Assembly: GCA_963708135.1 (NCBI GenBank) | Contig: OY970192.1 | Location: forward strand, 2,048,001 to 2,112,000 | From: an uncultured Gemmatimonadales bacterium | Lineage (GTDB): Bacteria; Gemmatimonadota; Gemmatimonadetes; Longimicrobiales; RSA9 | DNA: 64,000 nt | Direction: 5' to 3' | Part shown: positions 1 through 12,108 of the stretch, in pieces | How the letters are laid out: each line of letters starts with the position of its first letter | Position numbering within the stretch: position 1 is the first letter of the stretch | Position numbers and translations under genes: made by a program | The notes under the pieces: generated by a model | Told to the model about the DNA's origin: nothing | Seen by the model: only the letters and a program-made list of their open reading frames with translations | Databases searched by the model: none

Positions 1-12
1 TGCACGCTTCAT
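1..12 (-). CDS. 5' end of an unidentified gene running off the window (MKRA...)
   Basis: ATG at 12 preceded by AGGGGA RBS-like sequence, downstream of the promoter at 247-275. Confidence 0.45.
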
Positions 13-246
13 GTGGGTTCCCCTGTTGGATTGTGGTTCATCGAACCGAAGAGCGGCGGATACGATCGCGATGCGAAACCGTTGGGGAATGGCTCCGCTC
101 GCACGGACGCGTTCCGCCCATGCAGGGCGGCGCGCGTCCACGCTGGGTTGGCCGTCATCGACGAGTGCTCCGGTTTTCATGAAGACGAAGGGTCGGGTCG
201 AACTCGGGCTCGGGCGGCGGCTCTCAGCTTGATTCGCGACGCGCCC

Positions 247-275
247 AAGCTAGACCCCCGCGCGGGTAGCGTCAA
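247..275 (-). promoter_or_regulatory. sigma70-type promoter TTGACG-N17-TAGCTT
   Basis: Minus strand reads TTGACG ctacccgcgcgggggtc TAGCTT; same -35 and spacing as the mraZ promoter. Confidence 0.6.
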
Positions 276-414
276 GGTGCTTTTCGGTACGTGATCCGAC
301 CGTTACAGCCGCCTTGCGGTCGGCGGGCCGGGCTCGTCGCGCGGGAGGCAGAATGGGCCCCCCGCGCCCACCCCCGGCAAGGTCCCGAAAGGTGCTCGAC
401 GGCCGGAGGTGCGC

Positions 415-1449
415 TCAGTCCCCGGCGCCGACCGGCAGCTCCTCCGCCTCCTCGGCGCCGAGGAAGCCCTCGGCCATGTCCACGAACTCGCGGGAGCCGA
501 GGTAGAGGGGGGTACGCTGGTGCAGCGCGGTCGGCTCGAGGCCGAGGATGTCGCGGCTGCCGTCGGAGGCCCGGCCGCCGGCGTGCTCGCAGACGAAGGC
601 CAGCGGCGCGGCCTCGTAGAGCAGCCGCAGCTTGCCGCGGGGGTTCCGCGTGTCGGCGGGATACATGAAGATTCCACCGTAGAGGAGCGTCCGGTGGAAG
701 TCGGCCACGAGGGAGCCGATGTAGCGCGATGAGAAGGCGGGCCCCGCCTCACCATCCAGCCCCTTCAGGTGGTCGATCAGGCGGCGCTGGCCGGCCGACC
801 AGCGGCCGTAGTAGCCCTCGTTCACGCTGTAGATGCGCTGGGGCGGTCTCGGGATGCGGATGTCGGGGTGGCTGAGCAGGAACTCGCCGATGGAGGGGTC
901 CAGCGTGAAGCCGTGCACGCCGTTGCCGGTGGTGTAGACGAGCATGGTCGAGGAGCCGTACACCACGTACCCGGCCGCGACCTGGCGCGTGCCCGGCTGG
1001 AGGCAGTCCTCGAGGCAGCCGCGCGGCGCGTCGGAGACCTTGCGGTGGATGGAGAAGATCGTGCCGACGGAGACGTTGGCCTCGATGTTGGAGGAGCCGT
1101 CCAGCGGATCGTACAGGAGCGCGTAGCGGCCGGTGGGGAACTTCTCCGGGATCGGAATGATCTCCGCGGCCTCCTCGGAGGCCATGCAGCAGAGCAGGCC
1201 GCCGTGGTCGAGGGCCTTGAAGATCGCCTCGTGCGCGTACACGTCGAGCTTCTTGACCTCCTCGCCGTGGACGTTGATCTGATCCGCGGAGCCGAGGATG
1301 TCGACGAGGCCCGCCTTGTTCACCTCGCGCGCGATCAGCTTGGCGGCGAGGGCGATCTCGTAGAGGATGTTGCTGAAGGCGCCCGTCGCCTCCGGGAACA
1401 GGCGCTCCTGCTCTATGATGTGCCGCTCGATCGTGACGACGGACGTCAT
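415..1449 (-). CDS. fbp: class 1 fructose-1,6-bisphosphatase
   Basis: Motifs [44 protein letters not shown]; start [10 protein letters not shown]. Confidence 0.95.
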   Translation of the reverse strand: MTSVVTIERHIIEQERLFPEATGAFSNILYEIALAAKLIAREVNKAGLVDILGSADQINVHGEEVKKLDVYAHEAIFKALDHGGLLCCMASEEAAEIIPIPEKFPTGRYALLYDPLDGSSNIEANVSVGTIFSIHRKVSDAPRGCLEDCLQPGTRQVAAGYVVYGSSTMLVYTTGNGVHGFTLDPSIGEFLLSHPDIRIPRPPQRIYSVNEGYYGRWSAGQRRLIDHLKGLDGEAGPAFSSRYIGSLVADFHRTLLYGGIFMYPADTRNPRGKLRLLYEAAPLAFVCEHAGGRASDGSRDILGLEPTALHQRTPLYLGSREFVDMAEGFLGAEEAEELPVGAGD

Positions 1450-1808
1450 GGCGTCTCTCCTGGCGACCGGTCTCGCTCCGCCTCCCTCGCCTCGACCTCG
1501 TACGGGTTGGACTCGTAGCCGTGGCGAAGGTGGCCCACTACGTACCGCACGGGGAAGGCCAGCGGCGATGCCTGCCACTGCCGCACGTGCGCCAGCTCGT
1601 GGCGGACCAGCCGCGCCGTCAGCGGCGCGCCCGGGTGTACCACGATCGTGCGCCCCAGCGTCACGGCGGCCGCCGGCCCGCTCATCCCGGACAGCAGCCC
1701 GCCCAGCCACGGGATCCACCGTCCCCGGCGGACCTCCACGCCCGGCGGCAGCGCCTCGGGCGAGTCCGCGCGCGCGCCGGCCGCGGCGCGCACCAGTCGA
1801 TCGATCAT
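1446..1808 (-). CDS. small DUF4157-like zinc metallopeptidase-domain protein
   Basis: AVTLGRTI...HELAHVRQ...NPYEVEA (HExxH plus downstream E); 4-nt overlaps with both neighbours. Confidence 0.7.
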   Translation of the reverse strand: MIDRLVRAAAGARADSPEALPPGVEVRRGRWIPWLGGLLSGMSGPAAAVTLGRTIVVHPGAPLTARLVRHELAHVRQWQASPLAFPVRYVVGHLRHGYESNPYEVEAREAERDRSPGETP

Positions 1809-4180
1809 CTCGCGGCCTCCACCCGGAAACTGCCATCCCGCTGCGCGCGCACCGTGATCGTGCCTTGCTCATCCGTGCGCCAAATGGCGACGCCGTGCCG
1901 CCGCAGCCGGGCAAGAACCTCCGGCGCCGGGTGGCCGAAACGGTTGTGCCGCCCGACCGACACGAGTGCCAGCGCGGGCGCGGCGGCCGTCAGGAACGCC
2001 TCGGACGTCGCCGTGCGGCTGCCGTGGTGCCCCGCCTTGAGCACCTGTACGCGCAGCGCGGCGCCCTCGCGCGCCACCAGCTCCTGCTCCACGTCGGCCG
2101 GCGCGTCGCCCATGAAGAGGGCGCCGAACCGGCCGAAATGTAACAGAAACACCACGGAAAGCTCGTTCGTCTGCGCGGGGGCGTCAAGCGCCGCACGGAG
2201 CGGCGCGAGCACCTGGAGCGTCGCGTCGCCGATCCGGATCTCACGGCCGGCGCGCGCGGCCGCCCACCGGGTGCCGTGGTGCATGGCGTCGCGCACGGTC
2301 TCCAGGAACAGCGGCTTTCCCTCCACCACACCGGGATCCACCACCAGGTCCACCGGGAACGCGTCGAGCACGGCCTTGGCGCCTCCGATGTGGTCCGCGT
2401 CCGCGTGCGTCAGGACGAGCAGCGCGAGCCGCCGCGCGCCACGGCTGAGCAAGAACGGCACCACACGGGTCCTTCCCGCGTCGAAGCGCGCGTCGCGCGG
2501 TCCGGCGTCCACAAGGATCCAGGCGCCGCCGGGTACCCGGATGGCCAGCGCATCCCCCTGCCCCACGTCGATCGCATCGATCTCGAGGACGTCGCCCGCC
2601 GAGGAGCGGACCGCCACCGGCCAGGCGACGAGGGCGGCCGCCGCGAGGCCGGCCGCGATCATCCGTCGCGGCCACGGCCGGATCCCATCCCGAAGCGCGA
2701 GCCCCGCCGCGGCGGCCCCGGCCAGCAGCGCCGCGGCGAGCCAGCCGAGCGTCGTGTCCCGCGCCACGACGAGACTGCCGTACGGCACCGCCGCCGCGGC
2801 GCGCGCGGTGCCATCCAGCGCGGCCAGCACGAGCCGGCCCCCCGGCGCGAGCAGGCCCCCCGCCGCGGGGGACGCCATCCCGATCGCGAGCGTCGCCCCC
2901 AGCGCCGGCACGGCGAGCCCCGCCAGAGGGATGGCGGCCAGATTCGCGACGATCCCGATCGGCGCGAAGCGCCCGAACTGCAGCGCCGCGATCGGGGCCG
3001 TGGCGGCCGTCGCCGCCAGGCTGGCCGCGAGCGCCTTCCGCAGCGCCGGCCGGATGTGCGCCAGCCGCGCCTCGACCGGACGGCGCAACACCACGAGCCC
3101 GGTGATCCCGGCGAACGACAGCTGGAATCCGGGCTCGAGGATCATCAGCGGATCCACGGCCAAAAGCGCCAGCGCGGCCGCCGCCAGGAGCGCCAGCGGG
3201 TCCGCCGGCCGCTGGAGCATCCGCGAGGCGAGGAAGAGCCCGATCAGCAGTGCCGCCCGCGCCGCCGCCGGAGGCGCGCCGATGCCCAGCACGTAGATCC
3301 CGGTCACGAGCGCGGCCGCGGCGTCCGCGCGCCGCCTCGGCAGCCGGAGGAGCCCGCACACGAGCAGCGCCACCGCCGCGATGATGCCGGCGTGGAGCCC
3401 GGAAATCGCGAGCACGTGACTGAGGCCTGAGCGCGCGAAGCGGTCCCGGATGGCCGGGTCGAGCCCGTCGCGGCGCGCGAGAAGCATGGCCTCGACGAGA
3501 CCCGCGTCCGCGCCGAACAGCCGCCGCGTCCGCCGCTGCAGCATCCCGCGGAACGCCGCCAGCCGGTCGGCGCGGCCGGGGAGGAACGCCAGCGAGTCCA
3601 CCGTGAGCCGCCCCGCCCGCTCCGCCGCGCGCGGCCAGCCGGAGGCCGGCGGCTCCACCCACCAGCTCCCCCTCAGACGGACCGGGCGGCCCGCCAGGGA
3701 CGGCGGCCGGGGCAGTGCGCGCCGGACCGGCCGCCCACCGGGCGATGTCACGGGGAGAGGCCTCCCGGCGCGCGGCCCGCCGCCGTGCGGCAACGCGGCC
3801 ACGCGCGCCCAGATCCGGCCGGTGCACGCCACGCTCGTCCGGCCAACGACCAGCCGCGTCAGCCGGAACGGCGCCGCCGCGCCCGGCCACGGCTCGGCCT
3901 CGAAGTAGCCATCCGCCCGGACCTCGGCGCCATCGGCCAGCCGTGCCCGGCAGTCCCGCACCGCCCGGGCCGCGCCGCCCCCGCCCAGCGCCGCGCCAGC
4001 GGCCGCGAAGAGGGCGAGCACCGCCGCGGCGCGCGTGAGCCGGCCGCAGAGCGCCGCCGTGAGGCCGAGGAGCGCGGCCGCCGCGAGCGGAGTCCCGAGC
4101 GAGGGGAGCCGGAGTCCGAGGAGAAGCCCCGCGCCGAAGGCGAGGGCGTAACGGGCGAGGGGAGGGAGCGGACGGCTCAC
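1805..4180 (-). CDS. comEC: ComEC/Rec2 DNA internalisation competence protein
   Basis: [13 protein letters not shown] competence domain; C-terminal metallo-beta-lactamase ([34 protein letters not shown]). Confidence 0.93.
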   Translation of the reverse strand: MSRPLPPLARYALAFGAGLLLGLRLPSLGTPLAAAALLGLTAALCGRLTRAAAVLALFAAAGAALGGGGAARAVRDCRARLADGAEVRADGYFEAEPWPGAAAPFRLTRLVVGRTSVACTGRIWARVAALPHGGGPRAGRPLPVTSPGGRPVRRALPRPPSLAGRPVRLRGSWWVEPPASGWPRAAERAGRLTVDSLAFLPGRADRLAAFRGMLQRRTRRLFGADAGLVEAMLLARRDGLDPAIRDRFARSGLSHVLAISGLHAGIIAAVALLVCGLLRLPRRRADAAAALVTGIYVLGIGAPPAAARAALLIGLFLASRMLQRPADPLALLAAAALALLAVDPLMILEPGFQLSFAGITGLVVLRRPVEARLAHIRPALRKALAASLAATAATAPIAALQFGRFAPIGIVANLAAIPLAGLAVPALGATLAIGMASPAAGGLLAPGGRLVLAALDGTARAAAAVPYGSLVVARDTTLGWLAAALLAGAAAAGLALRDGIRPWPRRMIAAGLAAAALVAWPVAVRSSAGDVLEIDAIDVGQGDALAIRVPGGAWILVDAGPRDARFDAGRTRVVPFLLSRGARRLALLVLTHADADHIGGAKAVLDAFPVDLVVDPGVVEGKPLFLETVRDAMHHGTRWAAARAGREIRIGDATLQVLAPLRAALDAPAQTNELSVVFLLHFGRFGALFMGDAPADVEQELVAREGAALRVQVLKAGHHGSRTATSEAFLTAAAPALALVSVGRHNRFGHPAPEVLARLRRHGVAIWRTDEQGTITVRAQRDGSFRVEAAR

Positions 4181-4255
4181 GGCGGCGCGTCCGCCGAGCT
4201 CGCGACCGACCCCTCTGCCTGCTTCGACTGCCCGGGGGAGGTGCCGAGCCGGCCG

Positions 4256-5776
4256 TCAGGCCGCGGCGGAGCCGGCGTCCACGGGCGCGCCCGTGAAGGT
4301 CGCGCCGCTCGTCGCCGTGAGGCGGACGGTGCGGAACCGTCCGATGAGGGAGGTGTCCCCGGGGAACGCCACCACCCTGCTCGTGCGGGTGCGGCCAAGC
4401 ATGTCACCGGCCGAGCGCGCCTCGCGCTCGACCAGCACCTCGACCGTGCGCCCGACCTCGCCCCCGTTGATCTCCGCCTGGATGCCGCGCTGGAGCTCGA
4501 TGAGCCGCTCGAGACGCTCCTGCGCGAGCGCCGGCGCGATGAAGTCCGCCGCCGGCAGCCGCGTGGCCGGCGTCCCCTCACGGGCGGAGTACTTGTAGAG
4601 GTAAGCGTCGTCGTAGCGCACCTCGCGCATGAGCGCCAGCGTGGCCTCATACTCCTCGTCCGTCTCGCCCGGGAAGCCGACGATCACGTCCGTCGAGAGC
4701 GCGATCCGCGGGATCGCCGCGCGCACGAGCGCCACCTTCTCCAGGTAGGACGCCACCGTGTAGCGCCGGAGCATGCGCCGCAGCGTGCGGTCGTGGCCCG
4801 CCTGCACCGGGAGGTGCAGCTGCTCGCATACCGCCGGCTCCTCCGCCATCACCTCGACCAGCGCCTCGGTCACGTCGCCGGGATGGGGCGAGGTGAAGCG
4901 CACCCGCCGGATCCCGTCCACCCGCGCCACCGCCCGCAGCAGCCGGGCGAAGTCCCACGCCCCGTGCCGGTACGAGTTCACGGTCTGCCCGAGCAGCACC
5001 ACCTCGGGGATCCCCCGCTCCGCAACGGCGCGCACCTCCGCCAGCACCTCGTCCGCCGCACGGTTCTTCTCGGGCCCCCGCACATACGGCACGATGCAGT
5101 AGGTGCAGCGGTGGTCGCAGCCGCGCTGTACCGGGACCCACGCGCTCACGCGCGAGCTCCGCCGGACCTCCAGCCCCTCGTAGTTCTCCTCCGGCCGGAA
5201 ATCGAGCACGGCGACGCGCCCCTCCTCCAGCTCCGGCACCGCACCGACCACGGGCAGCGACGGGCCCCGGCGCGCCGCGCGAGCTCCGACGCCGCCCGGC
5301 GCCCGCGCGCCTCCGGCCGCCGGTGATGAGGCCGGCGCCGGGGCAGGTCCGGCGGCGCTATCGCCTGTACCGGCGGCGCCCGGCAGCACCCCGGGCCGCA
5401 GCGCGGCCAGCGTCTCGGGTATGCTCCGGTAGCCGTCCGGGCCCATCACGAAATCCACGTAGCCCGCCCGACCGAGCAGGCGCTCGCCGAGACGCTGCGC
5501 CATGCAGCCGGTCACCCCGATGACGAGCTCCGGCCGCTCCCGCTTGATCCGGTTCAGCTCGCCCACCCGGCCGAGCACGCGCCGCTCGGCGTGCTCGCGG
5601 ATCGCGCACGTGTTGACGAGCACCACGTCCGCATCCTCCGGCCGGTCCACCAGCTGGTAGCCGCCCGCCGCGAGGATCCCCTCCATCAGCTCGCCATCGC
5701 TGATGTTCATCTGGCAGCCGTACGTCTCGACGTAGGCCGTTCGCGGCGCGTGCTGTCGATCGGGAGTTTGCGGCAT
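4256..5776 (-). CDS. miaB: tRNA i6A37 methylthiotransferase MiaB
   Basis: TYGCQMN, NTCAIRE, GCMAQ, radical SAM CDHRCTYC, C-terminal TRAM; start may be 5794. Confidence 0.95.
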   Translation of the reverse strand: MPQTPDRQHAPRTAYVETYGCQMNISDGELMEGILAAGGYQLVDRPEDADVVLVNTCAIREHAERRVLGRVGELNRIKRERPELVIGVTGCMAQRLGERLLGRAGYVDFVMGPDGYRSIPETLAALRPGVLPGAAGTGDSAAGPAPAPASSPAAGGARAPGGVGARAARRGPSLPVVGAVPELEEGRVAVLDFRPEENYEGLEVRRSSRVSAWVPVQRGCDHRCTYCIVPYVRGPEKNRAADEVLAEVRAVAERGIPEVVLLGQTVNSYRHGAWDFARLLRAVARVDGIRRVRFTSPHPGDVTEALVEVMAEEPAVCEQLHLPVQAGHDRTLRRMLRRYTVASYLEKVALVRAAIPRIALSTDVIVGFPGETDEEYEATLALMREVRYDDAYLYKYSAREGTPATRLPAADFIAPALAQERLERLIELQRGIQAEINGGEVGRTVEVLVEREARSAGDMLGRTRTSRVVAFPGDTSLIGRFRTVRLTATSGATFTGAPVDAGSAAA

Positions 5777-5851
5777 CGTTCGGTGCGGGTCCATGGCAGA
5801 TCGGGCCATCCTGGACGGACGGGGGGTGCTACCCGGGCGGCGCGGAAAAGG

Positions 5852-7057
5852 TCAGCGCCCGAAGAGCGCGAGCGAGATGGTGAGACGCCAGAAGCTCTCC
5901 TTCAGCGGCGTGGCCACCGGCCCGCCCGTGCGGCGGCCGCGCTCGATCGAGAAGTCGCCCACGGCGTAGGGCGAGTCCTCGTTGCCGGCGAAGCGGTAGC
6001 CGATCCCGGCCGAGCCCGACCACTCGTTGGCCGGCGTCTCGCCCGCCACGTAAAACGGCAGCTGGGCGTAGTTGAAGCCGAGGCGCAGCGGGAAGGTGCG
6101 GCCGGCGGAGGAGCGGGCGCCACCCCACTCGACGCCGCCGCCGAGGTGATAGACGTCGCGGGCGGTGGTCTGCTGGTTGGGGCTGTCCGCGCCGGCCCCG
6201 GCCTGGCGGAAATCTCCCGCCGCGGCGGACCAGCCCGCCCAGCCACCGCCGAGCACCGCCATGACCCGCGGCGAGAGCACGGCGCTCAGGCCGCCGTCCA
6301 GCTGGAGCGGGAGCCCGAAGGTGCGGCTCGCCGCGCTGTCGGTGGTGGCGTGGAGATTCCCGGCCCACGTCCCGCTCACACCGAGCCGTACGAGGTTCCC
6401 CGCATCCACCCGCAGGCCCACGGATGCCAGCGGGGCGCTGTACGCCCACTGCGTGCGCGAGTGGAAGCCGTGGAGGTCGAAGGTCACGCTGTCGGGGAAG
6501 CTGCGCGTGACCTCGCGCGCCACGTTCCCGGTATAGACGCCGCCCGCCACGCCGATGGCGACGGAGGGCGAGAGCATGTACGCGCCGCCTACCCGAAGCT
6601 GTGAGATGCCGCCGTTCGAGCTCACCACGTCCTTGGACTCGACCGAATCGGTGCCGAACAACTCGGTGTGCGTGTTCGAGACCGCCCACGACTGGTCGAG
6701 GAAGCCGCCGAAGCCGGCGCTCAGCACCACGCGCCGGCTGAGCGGGTACATCACCCGGATGAGCGGAAAGCGGGATGAGCCGACCGAGCCCTTCTGCCCC
6801 CCGAGCTCCTCCGTCCGCGACGACGGCTGCAGCGTGGCCACGCCGCCGCGGAATAGCACGCCCGCCAGGTCGGCGGGATTCACCATCGAGGGATTGAAGC
6901 CGAAGAGTCCCGTGGCGACGCCGCCGAGCGCGCGCGCCCGGCCGTCCACGGCCTGGACCGGGACCCCGAGCCCGCGGGTCGCGAAGAGGGACTGCGCGCC
7001 GGCCGGCGCGGCCATCCCGGGGGCGAGGAGCACGAGCAGCAGAAGCGCGCGTCTCAT
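5852..7057 (-). CDS. putative outer-membrane beta-barrel protein (FadL/OmpP1-like)
   Basis: Signal peptide MRRALLLLVLLAPGMAAPAGAQ, ARALGG and NPA motifs, alternating beta strands, C-terminal LTISLALF. Confidence 0.6.
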   Translation of the reverse strand: MRRALLLLVLLAPGMAAPAGAQSLFATRGLGVPVQAVDGRARALGGVATGLFGFNPSMVNPADLAGVLFRGGVATLQPSSRTEELGGQKGSVGSSRFPLIRVMYPLSRRVVLSAGFGGFLDQSWAVSNTHTELFGTDSVESKDVVSSNGGISQLRVGGAYMLSPSVAIGVAGGVYTGNVAREVTRSFPDSVTFDLHGFHSRTQWAYSAPLASVGLRVDAGNLVRLGVSGTWAGNLHATTDSAASRTFGLPLQLDGGLSAVLSPRVMAVLGGGWAGWSAAAGDFRQAGAGADSPNQQTTARDVYHLGGGVEWGGARSSAGRTFPLRLGFNYAQLPFYVAGETPANEWSGSAGIGYRFAGNEDSPYAVGDFSIERGRRTGGPVATPLKESFWRLTISLALFGR

Positions 7058-8364
7058 GGCAGCTGGACCTCCGTGGCAAGGGTCACCACCAGGCGCAGAC
7101 GCGGCGCCGCCGCACCCGCGGAGAGCGGGGCGAACGCGGCGAACCCGAAGTAGCCGCCCTCCGCCGGAGGCAGCAGCACGAGCACGTTGGGCGGCGCCGC
7201 GCTCGAGCCGGCCACCGTCGTATCCGCCACCAGGCTGGTGATGAGCGGCGTGATCGGCAGCTCGACGCGGCCGTCGGTGCCACCCTCCTCGAAACGCGAG
7301 GACGGGATCGTGTCCCGCATCAGCCCGACCACGCCACCGAGCGGCGAGCGGCTCAGCGGGATCAGCGGCGAGGTCTCCGCCTGGCGCCCGTAGATCTGGA
7401 CCCGCTGCGTCGGCCGGTAGCCCGGCGGCGGCGCGACGGGCTGGAGCAGCAGCGCGGCGTAGTTGATGGTGGCATCCTTCAGCGCCACCGTGCACCCGCC
7501 GTCGCCGCCCGGGCACGGCAGGACCAACGAGCGCAGCTCGCGCTTCAACTCGAGGAACGAGCGCCACGCCTGGATGCCGCCGACCCGCAGGTTTGAGGAC
7601 GGCGGCGGCGGCGGCGTGTAGATGAACGTGCCGCTCGTCACCGTCCCGGCCGTCACGATGGTGTCCGTCCGGATCGACGGGTGAGCGTTCACCGTCAGCG
7701 AGATGCTCGCGGCGCGCAGGCGCACGTCAGGCGTGGTGGCCGCCAGCAGCAGCCCCGCGGCCGCGTTGCTCGTATCGGCGAGCGTGTGGATCGTGGCGGA
7801 GTCCAGCGCGAAGACGGCCGAGTCGCCCTCCGTGGGCGCGAAGACGGCCGTGTCCAGCACCGGGCCGTGGCTGCCGCCCGGCGTCGTCCAGGACAGCGAT
7901 TCCCCCGTGCTGTCCACGCGCAGCGTCCACGACACCGTGGACCGGTCCCAGTGCTCGGTCGTGGGATACACGGCCAGCGTGGTCGGGCCGGGCACCCGCG
8001 AGGTGGCCGTGTCGAAGTGCACCACGAGGGTGCCGTCCGCGAAGCTGGGCAGCGTGTCCGTCTGCAGGTTGCCCGAGGCGTCACGCACGCTGACGGAGAC
8101 GGGGAACAGGAAGTGGAGGAGCGTGTGCGCCTCGACCCCGCCGAACTCGTGGGCCACCAGCTGGAACGCCGCGTTCGATGTGCGGATGTAGCCCGAGAAC
8201 GCCGTGTCCGACGCGAGGAACTGCAATGCGTCCAGGTCGAACTCGAAGCTGCGCAGCGCCCCGCCCGGGATCAGCTCGCCGCCGACTCCCGTCGGCTCGT
8301 CCCGACCGCACGCACCCAGCGCCAGCGCCCCCAGCAGGATCCCGCACAGAAGGCCGCGCGTCAT
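7054..8364 (-). CDS. hypothetical lipoprotein
   Basis: Lipobox LGAC; Thr/Ser/beta-rich; ATGA overlap with the barrel gene. Confidence 0.7.
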   Translation of the reverse strand: MTRGLLCGILLGALALGACGRDEPTGVGGELIPGGALRSFEFDLDALQFLASDTAFSGYIRTSNAAFQLVAHEFGGVEAHTLLHFLFPVSVSVRDASGNLQTDTLPSFADGTLVVHFDTATSRVPGPTTLAVYPTTEHWDRSTVSWTLRVDSTGESLSWTTPGGSHGPVLDTAVFAPTEGDSAVFALDSATIHTLADTSNAAAGLLLAATTPDVRLRAASISLTVNAHPSIRTDTIVTAGTVTSGTFIYTPPPPPSSNLRVGGIQAWRSFLELKRELRSLVLPCPGGDGGCTVALKDATINYAALLLQPVAPPPGYRPTQRVQIYGRQAETSPLIPLSRSPLGGVVGLMRDTIPSSRFEEGGTDGRVELPITPLITSLVADTTVAGSSAAPPNVLVLLPPAEGGYFGFAAFAPLSAGAAAPRLRLVVTLATEVQLP

Positions 8365-8415
8365 CGTGCGCCCCGCCTCCCCACCACCCTGGAATGATAC
8401 GTCAAGAGCACGCGC

Positions 8416-8814
8416 TCACCTTTCTCCGCTCTCAAGCCTGAAAGCCTCCGGCAACAGGGCGCTTAGCGTCCACGACGCCAGCGAGCCGTTCTCGCCCACC
8501 GAGATCACCTCGAGCCCGGGCGCAAGCTCGGCCAGCACCTGCCGGCACACGCCGCACGGAGCGACGGGCTCCGGGGCGTCCGCCACGATCGCGATGCGGC
8601 GGAACGAGCGCGCGCCCGCGGCCACCGCCGTCCCCACGGCCACCCGCTCGGCGCACACCGTGGCGGAGTACGACGCGTTCTCCACGTTGCACCCGCCGTA
8701 GACCGTGCCGTCCTCCGCCTCGAGCGCGCACCCGACACGGAAGCCCGAGTAGGGCGCGTAAGCTCGCTCCCGCGCCGCGCGCGCCGCCTCGACCAGCCCC
8801 TCACTCCCCGCCAT
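8416..8814 (-). CDS. cdd: cytidine deaminase
   Basis: AYAPYS, NVENASY, CAER, PCGVCRQ. Confidence 0.95.
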   Translation of the reverse strand: MAGSEGLVEAARAARERAYAPYSGFRVGCALEAEDGTVYGGCNVENASYSATVCAERVAVGTAVAAGARSFRRIAIVADAPEPVAPCGVCRQVLAELAPGLEVISVGENGSLASWTLSALLPEAFRLESGER

Positions 8815-9946
8815 GGGCACCCCGCTCCACCCGCGGCAGCCGCCGCGTGAGTCCCGTCAGGATCTCGTAACCGATCGTCCCCGCCTGCGCGGCCACGTCG
8901 TCGAGCCGCAGCGCCTCGCCGCCGTCCTCGCCGATGAACGTGGCCACATCCCCCTCCCGCACTTCCGGCACGTCGCTGATGTCTACCACGGTCATGTCCA
9001 TGGAGATCCGTCCCACAATCGGCACCCTTCTTCCCGCCACCAGCGCCGAACCGCGGTTCGACAGGCTGCGCGGCAGGCCGTCCCCGTAGCCGATCGCCAC
9101 CGTGGCCCACCGCTCCCAGCCGCGCGCCTTGTGCGTCGCGCCGTAGCCGACCGTCGTTGCGGGCGGAACCTCGCGGACGAGCACGATGCGCGCTCGCACC
9201 GCCGCTACCGGCCGCGGCGCGGGCACGCCCGCCACCCCCGGCGCGGGATGGCCCCCGTACAGGAAGATCCCGGGACGGTAGCCATCCGCCACATAGGCCG
9301 GAAAGCGGAGCGCCGCCGCGCTGTTGCACGCGTGGACCATCAGGTCCTCCCGCGAGACCGGCAGCTGCGCCAGCGCATCGTTCAGCCGCTTCCACTGCGT
9401 CGCCGTCGGCGCCGCCTCGGCCGCGTCTGCGCCGTGGAAGTGCGTGAACACCCCCGTCCACCTCAGCCGCGGGCCCACCAGCGACTTCACCGCCTCGCCC
9501 CAGCGCGCCGTGTCCCGCCAGTCGAAGCCCGCCCGCCCCATCCCCGTGTCGATCTCGACGTGAAAGTCGAGCGGCCTCGGCGCCGCCGCGGCCGCCGCCG
9601 CCCAGCGCTCGAGGCCTGCAAGGTCCGAGATCGTCGCCGTGAGCCCCGCCGCCGCCGCCTGCGCCACCGCCTGTGGCGGCAGCGGCCCGAAGATCACGAC
9701 GGGCCGCTCCACCCCGTAGCTCCGCAGCGCCACGCCCTCCGCCGCCGCCGCCACGCCGTACCCCCATGGCGCGAGGGGGTCGAGCGTCCGTACCATCCGC
9801 TCGGCCCCCAGCCCGTACGCGTCCGCCTTCACCATGGCGATGGCCGCCGAGCGCGGCCCCGCGGCGCGGCGCAGCGTCAGGAAATTCTCACGGACCGCGT
9901 CGAGGTCAACATCGATCCAAGCGCGTGATTCTGCGATATTTGACAT
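8801..9946 (-). CDS. alr: alanine racemase
   Basis: [40 protein letters not shown]. Confidence 0.95.
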   Translation of the reverse strand: MSNIAESRAWIDVDLDAVRENFLTLRRAAGPRSAAIAMVKADAYGLGAERMVRTLDPLAPWGYGVAAAAEGVALRSYGVERPVVIFGPLPPQAVAQAAAAGLTATISDLAGLERWAAAAAAAPRPLDFHVEIDTGMGRAGFDWRDTARWGEAVKSLVGPRLRWTGVFTHFHGADAAEAAPTATQWKRLNDALAQLPVSREDLMVHACNSAAALRFPAYVADGYRPGIFLYGGHPAPGVAGVPAPRPVAAVRARIVLVREVPPATTVGYGATHKARGWERWATVAIGYGDGLPRSLSNRGSALVAGRRVPIVGRISMDMTVVDISDVPEVREGDVATFIGEDGGEALRLDDVAAQAGTIGYEILTGLTRRLPRVERGAHGGE

Positions 9947-9969
9947 GCTCGGCAAAGGCCGTTTAACAT
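9940..9969 (+). promoter_or_regulatory. sigma70 promoter of mazG, TTGACA-N18-TAACAT
   Basis: Perfect -35 and TAnnnT -10 ending 9 nt before the mazG GTG. Confidence 0.55.
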
Positions 9970-9978
9970 AGGTGCCCC

Positions 9979-10758
9979 GTGAACCCATCGCAAGGCGACC
10001 CGACCCTCGACCGCGCCCTGGCGCTCGTCCGCTTCCTGCGCCGGGAATGCCCCTGGGACGCGGCCCAGACGCCCACTTCGCTGCTCCCCTATCTGCTCGA
10101 GGAAGCCCACGAGGTGGCCGAGTCGGCGGCCGAGGGCGACGACGCCGCCCTGCGCGCCGAGCTCGGCGACCTGCTCCTCAACCTCGCGTTCCAGATCGTG
10201 CTCGCCGAGGAGCGGGGGACCTTCGACGCGGAGGCGGTCGTCGCCGCGCTCGAGGAGAAGATGCGCCGTCGCCATCCGCACCTCTACGGCCTCGGGCCCC
10301 GGCAGGACTGGGAGGTGCTGAAGGCGCGCGAGAAGCTGGACACCGGCTCGGCCTCCGTCCTGCACGGGCTGCCGCGCGGGCTCGATCCCCTCGCCAGGGC
10401 GCACAGGATCCAGGAGAAGGTGAGCGGCGTGGGCTTCGACTGGGCGGACGCCCGCGGGGGCTTCGAGAAGGTCGCGGAGGAGCTCGAGGAGGTGCGCCTC
10501 GCGCTGGAGTCCGAGCCGTCCGCGGCGCTGGAGGAGGAGCTCGGGGACCTGCTCTTCGCGGTCGTGAACCTGACGCGGCTGGCCGGCTCGCACGCCATGG
10601 GGGCGCTGCAGCGGGCGAACCGGAAGTTCACGGGCCGGTTCCAGGCGCTGGAGGCGCTGGCGCGGGAGCGCGGGGTCGAGCTCGGCGCGGCGCCGCTCGA
10701 GGCGCTGGACGCGCTCTGGGACGAGGTCAAGGCGCGTGATCGGGACGGTAGCCCCTGA
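9979..10758 (+). CDS. mazG: nucleoside triphosphate pyrophosphohydrolase MazG
   Basis: CPWDAAQT, EEAHEV, two ELGDLL motifs, RRHPH, GFDW. Confidence 0.93.
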   Translation: MNPSQGDPTLDRALALVRFLRRECPWDAAQTPTSLLPYLLEEAHEVAESAAEGDDAALRAELGDLLLNLAFQIVLAEERGTFDAEAVVAALEEKMRRRHPHLYGLGPRQDWEVLKAREKLDTGSASVLHGLPRGLDPLARAHRIQEKVSGVGFDWADARGGFEKVAEELEEVRLALESEPSAALEEELGDLLFAVVNLTRLAGSHAMGALQRANRKFTGRFQALEALARERGVELGAAPLEALDALWDEVKARDRDGSP

Positions 10759-10794
10759 CCGATCCACACCCCCCGGTCTCGATCCTGGGTCTCC

Positions 10795-12093
<1,299 letters not shown>

Positions 12094-12108
12094 TCACCCG
12101 CTCCACAC

